37,009 nt of DNA, from NCBI GenBank assembly GCA_049971805.1, contig JBMFKU010000013.1:1-37009 (forward strand), in the 5' to 3' direction. The first letter of the stretch is position 1. Each line of letters begins with the position of its first letter. Of this stretch, positions 18,808 through 28,120 are shown one piece after another. The notes under the pieces were generated by a model. It had not been told where the DNA came from. It saw only the letters and a program-made list of their open reading frames with translations, and ran no database searches. The stretch comes from Caldisphaera sp. (GTDB lineage: Archaea; Thermoproteota; Thermoprotei_A; Sulfolobales; Acidilobaceae). A program made the position numbers and the translations under genes.

Positions 18808-19857
18808 ATGTCTAATGAAATTAGCATTATAGGTGCCGGTCCAGCTGGTGCTTCCATGGCATATAGGCTTGCAAGGTCTGGATACAAAGTTAAGGTTTAT
18901 GAGGTTAATAAGAAGCTTGCATTAAAGCCTTGTGGATTAGGTATACCATCTAGTGATGACCTGCCGATAAAAATTAAGAAAGAACATATAGTAAGAGTTA
19001 TTAGAGGAGCCACATTATATGTGGATGAAATTAAGGTTTTGGATAAGGATAATTTTTTGGAAGGATATATTATAAATAAAGAATCATTTTTAGAAGATTT
19101 GATAATTGAATCTGGTGCAGAATTATATAGAGGCTCATCCTTTAATTATGGAAATTTAACAGTTAAAGAAAATGGAGAAATTAAAAAAATCGAAAAAGGG
19201 ATTTTGGCAGGTGGCTTTCCATTTTATAATGGAGAAAAGATAGATGCAGTCCAAATTATAGTGAAATCAAATGAATATGAGAATTTAAACAAATTGCTAA
19301 TATATTTTGATACTGAAATAGTGGGTTATTATTGGGTCTTTCCTGGAATTGATGGAATTGAAGTTGGTGTCGGAGGCTATAGGAATGCGATTGAGCTGAC
19401 AAAGCTTTTATTAAAGTTTATAGATAATAAAATAAATGATGCAAAAATGATTTCTCCGATCAGGGGCGCTAAGATTTCTGTTGGTGGAGTTAAAATAGAT
19501 GATGAAAAATTAATTAAAATAGGAGAATCAGCAGGATTTGTTTTGCCTTTAACAGGGGAAGGAATTAGACCCTCAATAATTTCTGGCTATGAGGCTGCAG
19601 ATTTAATGATAAAAGGTGTTAATATAAAAAATGGTTTGGAAGAATTAAAAATAAAGGAAGCAATTAGCATGCAAAGAAGAATATTGGAAAGGGTAAAGTC
19701 TATGAATAGGGAAAGGAGAAGAGAGTTGCTCTCTAGTATGCCAGCAGAAGTACATGCAGAGGTGGCACTAGGTAAAATGAACAAAACTAATATTATTAAA
19801 GCATTGGCAAAAAGGCCTGATCTAGCCATTAAATTACTTAATTATATGAGGGGTTAA
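18808..19857 (+). CDS. Geranylgeranyl reductase-family flavoprotein
   Basis: GAGPAG, 'KPCG', 'GYYWVFP', 'GESAGFVLPLTGEGI'. Confidence 0.85.
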   Translation: MSNEISIIGAGPAGASMAYRLARSGYKVKVYEVNKKLALKPCGLGIPSSDDLPIKIKKEHIVRVIRGATLYVDEIKVLDKDNFLEGYIINKESFLEDLIIESGAELYRGSSFNYGNLTVKENGEIKKIEKGILAGGFPFYNGEKIDAVQIIVKSNEYENLNKLLIYFDTEIVGYYWVFPGIDGIEVGVGGYRNAIELTKLLLKFIDNKINDAKMISPIRGAKISVGGVKIDDEKLIKIGESAGFVLPLTGEGIRPSIISGYEAADLMIKGVNIKNGLEELKIKEAISMQRRILERVKSMNRERRRELLSSMPAEVHAEVALGKMNKTNIIKALAKRPDLAIKLLNYMRG

Positions 19858-19859
19858 TC

Positions 19860-20339
19860 ATGAGACAAGGACTAGATGAAAAGGATATAATGATTTTAAA
19901 ATTATTAGAGAATGATTCAAGAAAACCATGGAGACAAATTGCTAATGAGCTAAATGTAAGCGAGGCGACTGTTTATTTAAGAATAAAAAGACTTGAAGAA
20001 AATGGTATAATAAAAGGGTTTAGTGTAAGGGTCGATCCTTTAAAAATAGGATTAATGATTACTATGTTTGCATTAATAAAGGTTAAGGCAGAGAATTCTT
20101 ATCAAGCAAAAAAAGAATTAAGCAAAATGAGTTATATTGTTGAATTTCATGAAATTACAGGATCATATCAATTCTTAGTGAAAATATTGGCCCCTTCTCA
20201 AAGGGAATTATCAAAAGCATTGGAGGAAATAACCAAGATTAATGGCGTAATCGAAATAAATACATTGATGTCTTTAGACATAGTTAAGTATGGAGAAAAT
20301 ATCATAGATACATTAAGTTATTGGTTAGAAGGTACCTGA
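19860..20339 (+). CDS. Lrp/AsnC family transcriptional regulator
   Basis: 'LDEKD..ILKLLENDSR...IANELNVSEATV..RIKRLEENGII', 'ITGSYQF'. Confidence 0.93.
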   Translation: MRQGLDEKDIMILKLLENDSRKPWRQIANELNVSEATVYLRIKRLEENGIIKGFSVRVDPLKIGLMITMFALIKVKAENSYQAKKELSKMSYIVEFHEITGSYQFLVKILAPSQRELSKALEEITKINGVIEINTLMSLDIVKYGENIIDTLSYWLEGT

Positions 20340-20353
20340 AAAAATTGTTAGGG

Positions 20354-21265
20354 CTATTTTAATTTAATTAATTTTTTAATAGTATCAGACTCCATTATAT
20401 AATTTTTGATCATTTCTTCATTTTGAGTTATATAACTTTCCAAGTTTTTATGAGAAATTTTTACTTCTTCTACGCTTTCATTTATTTCATATCCCTTTCT
20501 CAAATTATCAACAACTTCCCTTATCACTGAAATAAATTTTTCATCATCTTTTATCTTGTATTTTTTGATATCATCTTTTATGTTTAAATAATAAGGCTTA
20601 AACTTATATGCCTTTAATCCTTCCATGGTTTCATCTTTAGTATTTAAATGAAATTTTTCATCATATATTTTTATTACGATTCCCTCGCTTTTCAAGAGAT
20701 ATTCGTATTTGGGATAATTGGAATTTTCTACCAAGAGAGGTTTAAACATTTCATCTACATCGGTTATTTTTACATATTTTTTATTTATTTGTATATCAAA
20801 TATTTTAAAATCTATAGGAATATCATTTTTATGAACCTTCATCGGAGTATATAGTTTCCCATACAATTCTCCATGAATTGCTATATCTTTATCTGAAATT
20901 TTTTCAATAATATTTGAAAAATTTTTATTTGTAGAATAAACAAAGGATAATAAAGTTAGTGCTCCATTGTCGTGAGGAGCTCCAGCTTTTGTAGTTGCAT
21001 AAATTTTGTTGCTTTCTATCTTTAGCACTATTTGTGTTCCATCATATTTTGGAGTAAAGATAGCATTTTTATATTCTAAATTATCTGTTGTGCTTACTTC
21101 ATAATAAGCATATTCTTTCTCTAGACCTTTTTCTTTTTCTATTTTATTAAAGAACTCTAGCATTTTCTGTTTATCAACAACTTTATATTCTTTCCTTAGT
21201 TTACCGATAATTGATGGATTTAATTCTACATTCTGCATATTGTTTTCCCCGATTATATTTATCAT
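20354..21265 (-). CDS. ATP-dependent RNA-ligase-like covalent nucleotidyltransferase
   Basis: Motif I 'TPKYDGT', III 'HGELYG', IIIa 'FKIFDI', IV 'EGIVIK', V 'YKFK'; no recognisable OB domain. Confidence 0.75.
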   Translation of the reverse strand: MINIIGENNMQNVELNPSIIGKLRKEYKVVDKQKMLEFFNKIEKEKGLEKEYAYYEVSTTDNLEYKNAIFTPKYDGTQIVLKIESNKIYATTKAGAPHDNGALTLLSFVYSTNKNFSNIIEKISDKDIAIHGELYGKLYTPMKVHKNDIPIDFKIFDIQINKKYVKITDVDEMFKPLLVENSNYPKYEYLLKSEGIVIKIYDEKFHLNTKDETMEGLKAYKFKPYYLNIKDDIKKYKIKDDEKFISVIREVVDNLRKGYEINESVEEVKISHKNLESYITQNEEMIKNYIMESDTIKKLIKLK

Positions 21266-21574
21266 AGAATCTCTATATTTTTTGTCAATAAAAACATTGT
21301 TTCATAATAGATCTTGGCAATTAGATATATTTTATGATAAAAGCTTAGCTGTAATGGGCTAATACAATTAAACTAAGATATAGAAATAATGAATTTGTTT
21401 TTATATTAGAAATATTAAATATGGATTATTTTTATTATTTTCTTTGAGAACAAAAAGTTAAATTTTTGTTAATTCTAAAAGGAAAGTTTTAATTTTGAGT
21501 TAAAACAGTTATGATTTGAAACAAAAGAGAATTAACGTAAACATGGTTAAAGTAGATAATAGGTGAATAATTAA

Positions 21575-22669
21575 TTGGAAAAAGACTTGATGGCACTATT
21601 AAAGCTATTTATTATTTCAGCATTAGCTCAATTTCCCTTATCGTTAATTAGGTTCTTTTTACCAATTTATGCGTCAGACTTCGGTGCAAATAATTTTGAG
21701 CTTGGACTTATGGGAGCATCTTATGGTATAACTTATATAGCTCTTGCAGCATATTTTGGTAGATTTGTGGAAAAAGTCGGGCATAGGTTTATGATATTTC
21801 TTGGATTATTATTTTATGCATTAATTGTACTATGTTATATTTTTGTTCATAGGCCCTATCTCTTTGTTATAGGTAGGGCAGGAGAAGCCGTTTCTATGGC
21901 TTTAGTTTGGCCTTCAATAGAAGTATCTTCAAAGATATCCAAAAATGCTAAGATTTCTGTATTAGCTTATACAGTCTCATGGAGTATTGCAGCATCATTT
22001 GCTCCATACGTTGGCTCATTTTTAGCAAAACCCTATTTTTATGAATTTTTGGTTGCTTCTCTAGTATCAATAATAGGAGGATTTGTATCATTATTTCTTC
22101 CAAAGATTCAGGCAGTTAATATAATTGTAGAAAAGAAGAATTTCAGCACAATGAGCGATATAGTTATACCAATATTTCTTTATGGGTTTAATTCCTCAGT
22201 AATTTCATCATTTTATCCAGTTTTTGGGAAAATTTTATTTGGGATTAATGGTTCAGGGTTGATTATGACAATAGCTGGTTCATTTATGGTTATAGCTTTT
22301 ATTTTTTCAGCATTTGTTAAGATAAATTATTTTAAGTTACTTATAGCAGGTTTGACTTTACAAATCATGTTTTTAAATATATTTTTATTTAGAAGTTTTT
22401 TTGTGCAGCTTGTATCTATATCTTTAATATATTTTGGGTTAGGGTTGGTTTATTATATTATTTTATTTAATATAATTAATACATTTTCTTTAAACGTAGG
22501 CATTAAAACTGGGATATTTGAATCGTCTATAGGAGCAGGTTTTACTATAGGACCCTTAATTTCTGGTTTGCCAAGTATCTTCGGCCTTAAATTGCCATGG
22601 ATCATCTCATTTTTTGAATCAATTATAGTAATTTTGGTATACATTTCGATGAAAATACTTAAACATTAA
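21575..22669 (+). CDS. MFS transporter
   Basis: About 12 hydrophobic segments; 'FGRFVEKVGHR' (MFS motif A-like). Confidence 0.85.
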   Translation: MEKDLMALLKLFIISALAQFPLSLIRFFLPIYASDFGANNFELGLMGASYGITYIALAAYFGRFVEKVGHRFMIFLGLLFYALIVLCYIFVHRPYLFVIGRAGEAVSMALVWPSIEVSSKISKNAKISVLAYTVSWSIAASFAPYVGSFLAKPYFYEFLVASLVSIIGGFVSLFLPKIQAVNIIVEKKNFSTMSDIVIPIFLYGFNSSVISSFYPVFGKILFGINGSGLIMTIAGSFMVIAFIFSAFVKINYFKLLIAGLTLQIMFLNIFLFRSFFVQLVSISLIYFGLGLVYYIILFNIINTFSLNVGIKTGIFESSIGAGFTIGPLISGLPSIFGLKLPWIISFFESIIVILVYISMKILKH

Positions 22670-22794
22670 TTCTTTTTAATATGTTTTGATTTACTCATTT
22701 TATTAAGGTTAAACTAATTATTTACTCTATATATTAAAAGAATTTTTAAATACATTGTTTATATTTACATATTATAAATTGAAGATGTGCTTTC

Positions 22795-22882
22795 ATTTAT
22801 AGCGGGTAAAAGTTTTAGGGATCATTTAAAAAGATAAAAAGCTAGTCATCTAATGGAACATGCTTCACCAATAAGTGAGATA
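22795..22882 (+). mobile_element. IS200/IS605-like left-end fragment
   Basis: 'tttatagcgggtaaaagttttaggg...gctagtcatctaatgg..gcttcaccaataagtgag' aligns with 4957, 6443 and 8610. Confidence 0.6.
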
Positions 22883-23008
22883 GAACTTTGCCTTATTGCT
22901 ATAGGCATATAAGAGGATGGCTAGAGACTTCAATTTGCGCATTTCTCTCGCTTCTTATTAAGAACTATATTCCACATAAAATAGTCAAATAGGATCTTGT
23001 ATATGAAA

Positions 23009-23173
23009 CTGCCTCTCTTCCGCCTTGAAGGGCTTTAGTTCCCGAGGCCTTAAGGGTTACCTATAGGAGTTACTCTGATTCCTACCTACGTGGGAGTAAA
23101 GTTACCAACTTCTCGCCCTTATTTGACCTGAGGGAGACGTCTTAACCCTTCTTATCTTTTTAATTTGTTAAAC
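23009..23173 (-). repeat. Second copy of the ~160-bp IS605 right-end/omegaRNA-like element
   Basis: Reverse complement aligns with 6550-6707 and shares perfect runs agttggtaactttactcccac (21 nt) and taggtaggaatcagagtaactcctata (27 nt). Confidence 0.88.
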
Positions 23174-23296
23174 CTAATTTTCATTTATCAACTTTATAGA
23201 TATAGCATTTTTCTATTCATTTTGCTGTCACAATTTTTACAAGATATATCGATTTCATATTTTGCTGGTAATATGACTGGCACGGTCATAATAAAA

Positions 23297-23372
23297 TGCG
23301 GCGGCCGGGATTTGAACCCGGGACCTCTGGCTTGGGGGGCCAGCGTCCTAATCCAGGCTAGACTACCGCCGC
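23297..23372 (-). tRNA. tRNA-Gly(CCC), intronless, with C33
   Basis: Minus strand GCGGCGG...CCGCCGC+A; anticodon arm CTGGC-CCCCCAA-GCCAG; T arm CCGGG-TTCAAAT-CCCGG. Confidence 0.93.
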
Positions 23373-23695
23373 TTTCGGTATTATTATCAGATTCTTGAGT
23401 TTTTAAGTTTGCTGATTAGGTTTTTCCTTCATTAAATAAGTAGCTTTAACTATATCTTCTGTTATACTTACATATTTTGTATTTTGTGATAAAGATAATA
23501 ATTATCATTTATATTCCTAACAATCCAAGTTTGAAACATAACACTTAAACCTATATTTGTTCTGCTTTTACAAGTAAAAAAGCTGTAAGCAAAAACAACT
23601 GTTATCTATAAAAAACTATTTTAGTTTCTTTGCTGTTTTTCTGTTAAATAGTGCTTATTAGTTTAATTATCAATCAAGATATAAGGGAATTCGGT

Positions 23696-24067
23696 TTAAG
23701 AGCTATATATCGTTTTTACTGTTAAGTTTATAAAATAAGTTTTACTTTTGGATTCGATAAAAATAGGGTTGTTAAAAAAACTGTAAAAGCTGAAAATTTT
23801 ACCGGATTCGCATTGTTCAGTTATGTTATAATACTCATTGTTTAGCAATATTATCCAAAAAGTGTGGTTTTCAACTTTAGCTGTATATATGCTTTTATTG
23901 TGATAAAATGTTATCCAAACAGGGTCATTGCATATAAGATATACTTCTCCTGTTACATTAACTTCTTTTATTGGTATGCTTGCTCTGTAAGCTACATAAG
24001 ATACCCCTATAATTGCTAACATTGCTAACATAATTGCTAATTTAACTAAGGTCTTCATTAATGTCAT
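23696..24067 (-). CDS. Hypothetical membrane-anchored or secreted protein
   Basis: N-terminal hydrophobic helix, two Cys, several NxS/T sequons (NVT, NKS, NHT, NIT, NLT). Confidence 0.7.
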   Translation of the reverse strand: MTLMKTLVKLAIMLAMLAIIGVSYVAYRASIPIKEVNVTGEVYLICNDPVWITFYHNKSIYTAKVENHTFWIILLNNEYYNITEQCESGKIFSFYSFFNNPIFIESKSKTYFINLTVKTIYSS

Positions 24068-24211
24068 CTCACGATTAAATATTTCCTATAAAAAGTTTAA
24101 ATCTTTTTGAAAAATGACTTTAATTGAAATGGTTTGACCTCTTTAGTTTGTTTTTAATTTTTCTACATCAATTTTTTAAATTCCTTTTAATAAAATCTTT
24201 AAGTTTGTCTT

Positions 24212-24284
24212 CAGGTAACTCCCGTTAAGGGAGTAACTCTCAAGGCCTCAGTGATCATTGTCCTTCAGTGCATAAGGAGGTCAA
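24212..24284 (+). mobile_element. Degenerate IS605 right-end fragment
   Basis: 'ggtaactccc..gggagtaactctcaaggcctcagtgatcattgtccttcag...ggaggtcaa' shares blocks with 23009-23075(-), 6640-6707 and 5394-5438. Confidence 0.65.
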
Positions 24285-24372
24285 TTGGTTTATTATATGT
24301 TTAAAAAATATAAGTTTTTATACTAGAATTGTTGGTAAACTATATGTAAATCACTGGAGAGTGGTTAAATTT

Positions 24373-25548
24373 ATGATCAATGAGAAAAATGATAATATAA
24401 ATATTTTTTATTTACCATTGCTAGGCTTTATAACAGCAGCAATAACAACTACTGCTTTATCTATATATGTGCTTTATGTTGGCTATTTTAGCAAGATTAC
24501 TAATACCCAGATACCCATTTTAATTTTGTGGGGTAACTTAGCTTACTTCTTTGGTATGCCACTTGGAAAAATAGTAGGAAGATTTCTTAAATTTTACAAA
24601 AATTTGTCGTTTGCAATTGTGGGAATATCTATATTGATATCGTTATCATTGTTTTTAATGCCTTTTGTAAGATATTTTTATGAGTTATTAATTCTCAGGA
24701 TAATCCAGGGGACTGTAACATTTTATATAGAAGTTTTTTCTAATTTTTATTCCTTTTTATATAAGGAATTTAATAAAAGAGTTTTGGCATCATCAATTTC
24801 TATTTCAGGTATACCTGGAGGGGTTGCTATAGGAACCTCTGTTTATATAGTATCGTCTCAAAATCCTTTGATAGTATACTCTTTATTTGCAATAATATCA
24901 TTTTTGTTTGCACTTTTTTACTCTATTAAATTAAGGAATTTTAGAAACGTGCAGATGAATTTAAAAAATGAAAGTAAAGGGACGACATATAAAATGGGTA
25001 GGACCTGGTTAATGGGTTTCTTTTGGGCTACAATAGCAGGATTTAATTTAATTTTAGGAGTTTTATTACCTCCGTTTGTATCATCTTATAGTCCATCTGA
25101 TATACCATTAGCCATGGAAATATTTGGTTATACAGGTGCTCTAATAACTATTATAGGTGGGATATTAGCTTATGTATTAAAATCATCACAAACCATGTCT
25201 AAGATAGTAGCTATTTCTTATATATTATCCTTTATTGGTTTTATTTATTTATATTTTGAGCCAAATGGTATTAATTTAGCTATAGCGTTAACTTTAATTA
25301 ATATAGAAGCAATTGCAGTACCATTTATCTACTCTGTTCCAAGAGAGCTTTATAAGGAAGAACTAGTTGCAAAAGGTACATGGGAATTTGCTCTTATAGG
25401 GTCTTCATTCCATGTTTGGGCCTCTTTATTGTTGTTAGAAGTAGGAACATATTTTGATTTTAGATTATCAATATTTTTGCTAATTTTCCCACCCATATAT
25501 GGTGCGATCGTCTCTTTATTATTACCTAAAATTTATATAAAAAGCTAA
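24373..25548 (+). CDS. MFS transporter
   Basis: Multi-TM protein with 'LRIIQG'. ATG 24373 preferred; the track start 24268 lies inside the IS remnant. Confidence 0.8.
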   Translation: MINEKNDNINIFYLPLLGFITAAITTTALSIYVLYVGYFSKITNTQIPILILWGNLAYFFGMPLGKIVGRFLKFYKNLSFAIVGISILISLSLFLMPFVRYFYELLILRIIQGTVTFYIEVFSNFYSFLYKEFNKRVLASSISISGIPGGVAIGTSVYIVSSQNPLIVYSLFAIISFLFALFYSIKLRNFRNVQMNLKNESKGTTYKMGRTWLMGFFWATIAGFNLILGVLLPPFVSSYSPSDIPLAMEIFGYTGALITIIGGILAYVLKSSQTMSKIVAISYILSFIGFIYLYFEPNGINLAIALTLINIEAIAVPFIYSVPRELYKEELVAKGTWEFALIGSSFHVWASLLLLEVGTYFDFRLSIFLLIFPPIYGAIVSLLLPKIYIKS

Positions 25549-25573
25549 AAACATTTTAATAAAAGGGGGGCAT

Positions 25574-26518
25574 ATGAGCATTAAAAAATGGATAGAATCA
25601 TTTAGTCCAGTGACATTAACAAGTGCATTTTCATCAGTTACTTTGGGTTTTGCTGTAGCATGGTATAAAACAAATAAAATAGATCCTTTATTTTATATAA
25701 TAACTCTTTTGGGAATTTTAGCTGCTCAAGCTGGTGTAAACCTAATTAATGACTACACAGATTATAAATCTGGAGTGGATATGCTTTACAGAAAATCTGG
25801 TTTTTTTCATAGACCAAATGCTGTTCTTGATTTGGATCTTCCTCCTTCACAGGTCAAAAACGTAGGTTATTTTCTTTTAGGAATAGCTTTAGTATGTGGT
25901 ATATACTTAGCTGTTGCTGTTGGAATTCCAATAATAATTATAGGCATAATAGGGATTTTTTTAGGCATAGCATATAGTGAACCACCATTTAAATTAAAAT
26001 ATAGAGGTCTAGGGGAGTTGATAGCTGGAATAACAATGGGTCCATTAGTGGTATGGGGATCATTCGTTGTTCAAACTGGTGATATATTATCTCTATATCC
26101 TCTTTTAGTAGGGATAATAAATGGTGCATTTACATTTCTTATTTTATTGGGTAGCAGTTCCCTTAAAATGGAAGCTAGTAGAGAGCTTGGCAAGAAGACA
26201 ATAGTTCTAGTTTTAGGTCTAAAAAAATTAAGATATGCCGTCTATTCCACTATAATAGTCATGTATTTATCCTTAGTTATATCGGCTTTATTAAATTATT
26301 TACCTTTGTTGTCCTTAATTTCCTTGGTTTTGGTTCCTAGGACTGTTAAACTTTCTAGTCCGTTATTAAGCGGAAGCGAAGAATATATAAAAAGTAAATG
26401 GAAGGAATTAAGAAAATTGTGGGCTGGACCGTTTAGCGTTAGGCTGATAATTTTAATAATTATATTGTTATCAATAATAATAACTAGAGAACTCCACATA
26501 TTTACTTTTGCATGGTAA
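25574..26518 (+). CDS. UbiA-family prenyltransferase (MenA-like)
   Basis: 'NLINDYTDYKSGVD', 'YSEPPFKLKYRGLGE', 'GKKTIVLVLG'. Confidence 0.85.
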   Translation: MSIKKWIESFSPVTLTSAFSSVTLGFAVAWYKTNKIDPLFYIITLLGILAAQAGVNLINDYTDYKSGVDMLYRKSGFFHRPNAVLDLDLPPSQVKNVGYFLLGIALVCGIYLAVAVGIPIIIIGIIGIFLGIAYSEPPFKLKYRGLGELIAGITMGPLVVWGSFVVQTGDILSLYPLLVGIINGAFTFLILLGSSSLKMEASRELGKKTIVLVLGLKKLRYAVYSTIIVMYLSLVISALLNYLPLLSLISLVLVPRTVKLSSPLLSGSEEYIKSKWKELRKLWAGPFSVRLIILIIILLSIIITRELHIFTFAW

Positions 26519-26815
26519 ATAGACAACAAACTTTTTCTTTAAGTGATAAAAAGTTTTTAAGTTTATTAGTAACAATTTAGTTATAATTATGATCAAGTTA
26601 AGCATCAAACATAAGATTCCTCTTTCTATTAGTTATGCACTTTTTATTAACATTATAATAAAAATCTGTCAATTTATCCCGTGCGATAAAGCAAAAAAGA
26701 AAAAAGTAGCATAAATTACCTTTAGATTATTGAACCTCATTTAAGCTGAAATTTCAATAGGTTAAAACACAATTTATTAAACCACTGCCCACACTAAAGG
26801 GAAAGGAAATAAAGG

Positions 26816-28048
26816 GTGAAGAATTTGGAGCAACATGATTTGGTTGTAAAGGTAACTTCTGATCTAATAAAAATTAATTCTCAAAACCCTCCAGGTTATA
26901 CAAAAGATGTAGCATCATATATAAAGGAATTAATGGAAAGTTATGGGATATCATCAACTTTCCATGAATTTGAAAAAAATAAAACAAACCTAATCGCGAA
27001 GATAGGCAAAAATAGTCCAACACTTATATTAAATGGCCATATGGACGTAGTTCCTCCAGGTGATGAGACAAAGTGGGTTTATCCTCCATTTTCTGGAAAA
27101 ATTGTCGATGGAAAAATATTTGGGAGAGGAGCGACTGATATGAAGGGTGGGCTTGCAGTTATAATAGTTTCGACCCTAATGCTAGTCGATTTTATTGAAA
27201 AAACAGGAGGTTCGTTGTTGTTTGTTGCAAGCGCAGACGAGGAAGTTGGAGGTCATGCTGGAATGCAGGGTTTAGTAGAAAATAATTTAATAAAGGGTGA
27301 TGCCGCAATAATAGCAGAACCATCAGGTTATAATATGGTTTCGATAGGAGAAAAGGGTTTATGCCAAACAAAGATAATAACTAGGGGGAGGAATGCCCAT
27401 GGAAGTATGCCATTATTAGGTGAAAATGCTATAATGAAAATGTATGATGCTTTAACAAATTCTAGAAAAGTTATAGATAAATTGAATTCTCAAATAAAAA
27501 TTCCTGAAGACATAGAAAGGGCAATAAAGGATACAGCAACTGCTCTTTCTGATGCGTTGAATGATAAAAATTTAAGCTTAAGTGATATAGAAAATCAAAT
27601 AAAATCAATATCCTTTAATCCAGGTGTTATAAGAGGGGGTAGCAAGATAAACGTAGTGCCAGATTATTGTGAAGTTGAACTAGATATGAGAATTCCCCCT
27701 GGTTGTGTTTGTGAAAATGTTAGAAACAGCCTAAAAGAAATTATAGGAAACTTAGCAGAAGTTATTCCAATTGATACTAGCCCTGCAAACTTTACTTCAA
27801 TAAATGAAAAAGTTGTAAAGGTTGTATTGAATTCTATAGAGAAGGTATTGAATCAAAAGGCCTTGTTAAGAATAGAAAGTGGTGCGACAGATGGTAGATA
27901 TTTAAGGCAAGTTAATATACCAACAGTAATTTATGGCCCAGGAGAGCTCTTTGTTGCCCATTCTTATAATGAGTATGTTAAGGTATATGATTTGCAAAGA
28001 TCTTTAGATGTGATGGAGAATTCTATAAAATTGTTTTTCTCAGTTTAA
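26816..28048 (+). CDS. M20 metallohydrolase (ArgE/DapE family)
   Basis: 'NGHMDVVP', 'GRGATDMKGG', 'DEEVGG', 'IAEP', 'AHGS', 'GATDG', 'AHSYNE'. Confidence 0.92.
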   Translation: MKNLEQHDLVVKVTSDLIKINSQNPPGYTKDVASYIKELMESYGISSTFHEFEKNKTNLIAKIGKNSPTLILNGHMDVVPPGDETKWVYPPFSGKIVDGKIFGRGATDMKGGLAVIIVSTLMLVDFIEKTGGSLLFVASADEEVGGHAGMQGLVENNLIKGDAAIIAEPSGYNMVSIGEKGLCQTKIITRGRNAHGSMPLLGENAIMKMYDALTNSRKVIDKLNSQIKIPEDIERAIKDTATALSDALNDKNLSLSDIENQIKSISFNPGVIRGGSKINVVPDYCEVELDMRIPPGCVCENVRNSLKEIIGNLAEVIPIDTSPANFTSINEKVVKVVLNSIEKVLNQKALLRIESGATDGRYLRQVNIPTVIYGPGELFVAHSYNEYVKVYDLQRSLDVMENSIKLFFSV

Positions 28049-28120
28049 AAAAATTAAAAACAATTTTTAATAAGAAAGATTTTTATACTAGAATAAGATT
28101 CTATTTAGTCGGTGAGAGAA

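Noticed and set aside
21266-21574. Extremely AT-rich intergenic region as a DNA-unwinding element (also 8424-8890)
   Set aside because: No flanking ORBs; consistent with ordinary promoter or intergenic composition.
23165-23398. 77-aa + strand ORF
   Set aside because: Antisense to tRNA-Gly; the translation is a typical tRNA shadow.
22670-24370. Integrated virus or plasmid at tRNA-Gly (or at tRNA-Pro)
   Set aside because: No integrase fragment and no duplicated tRNA 3' half seen in the window.
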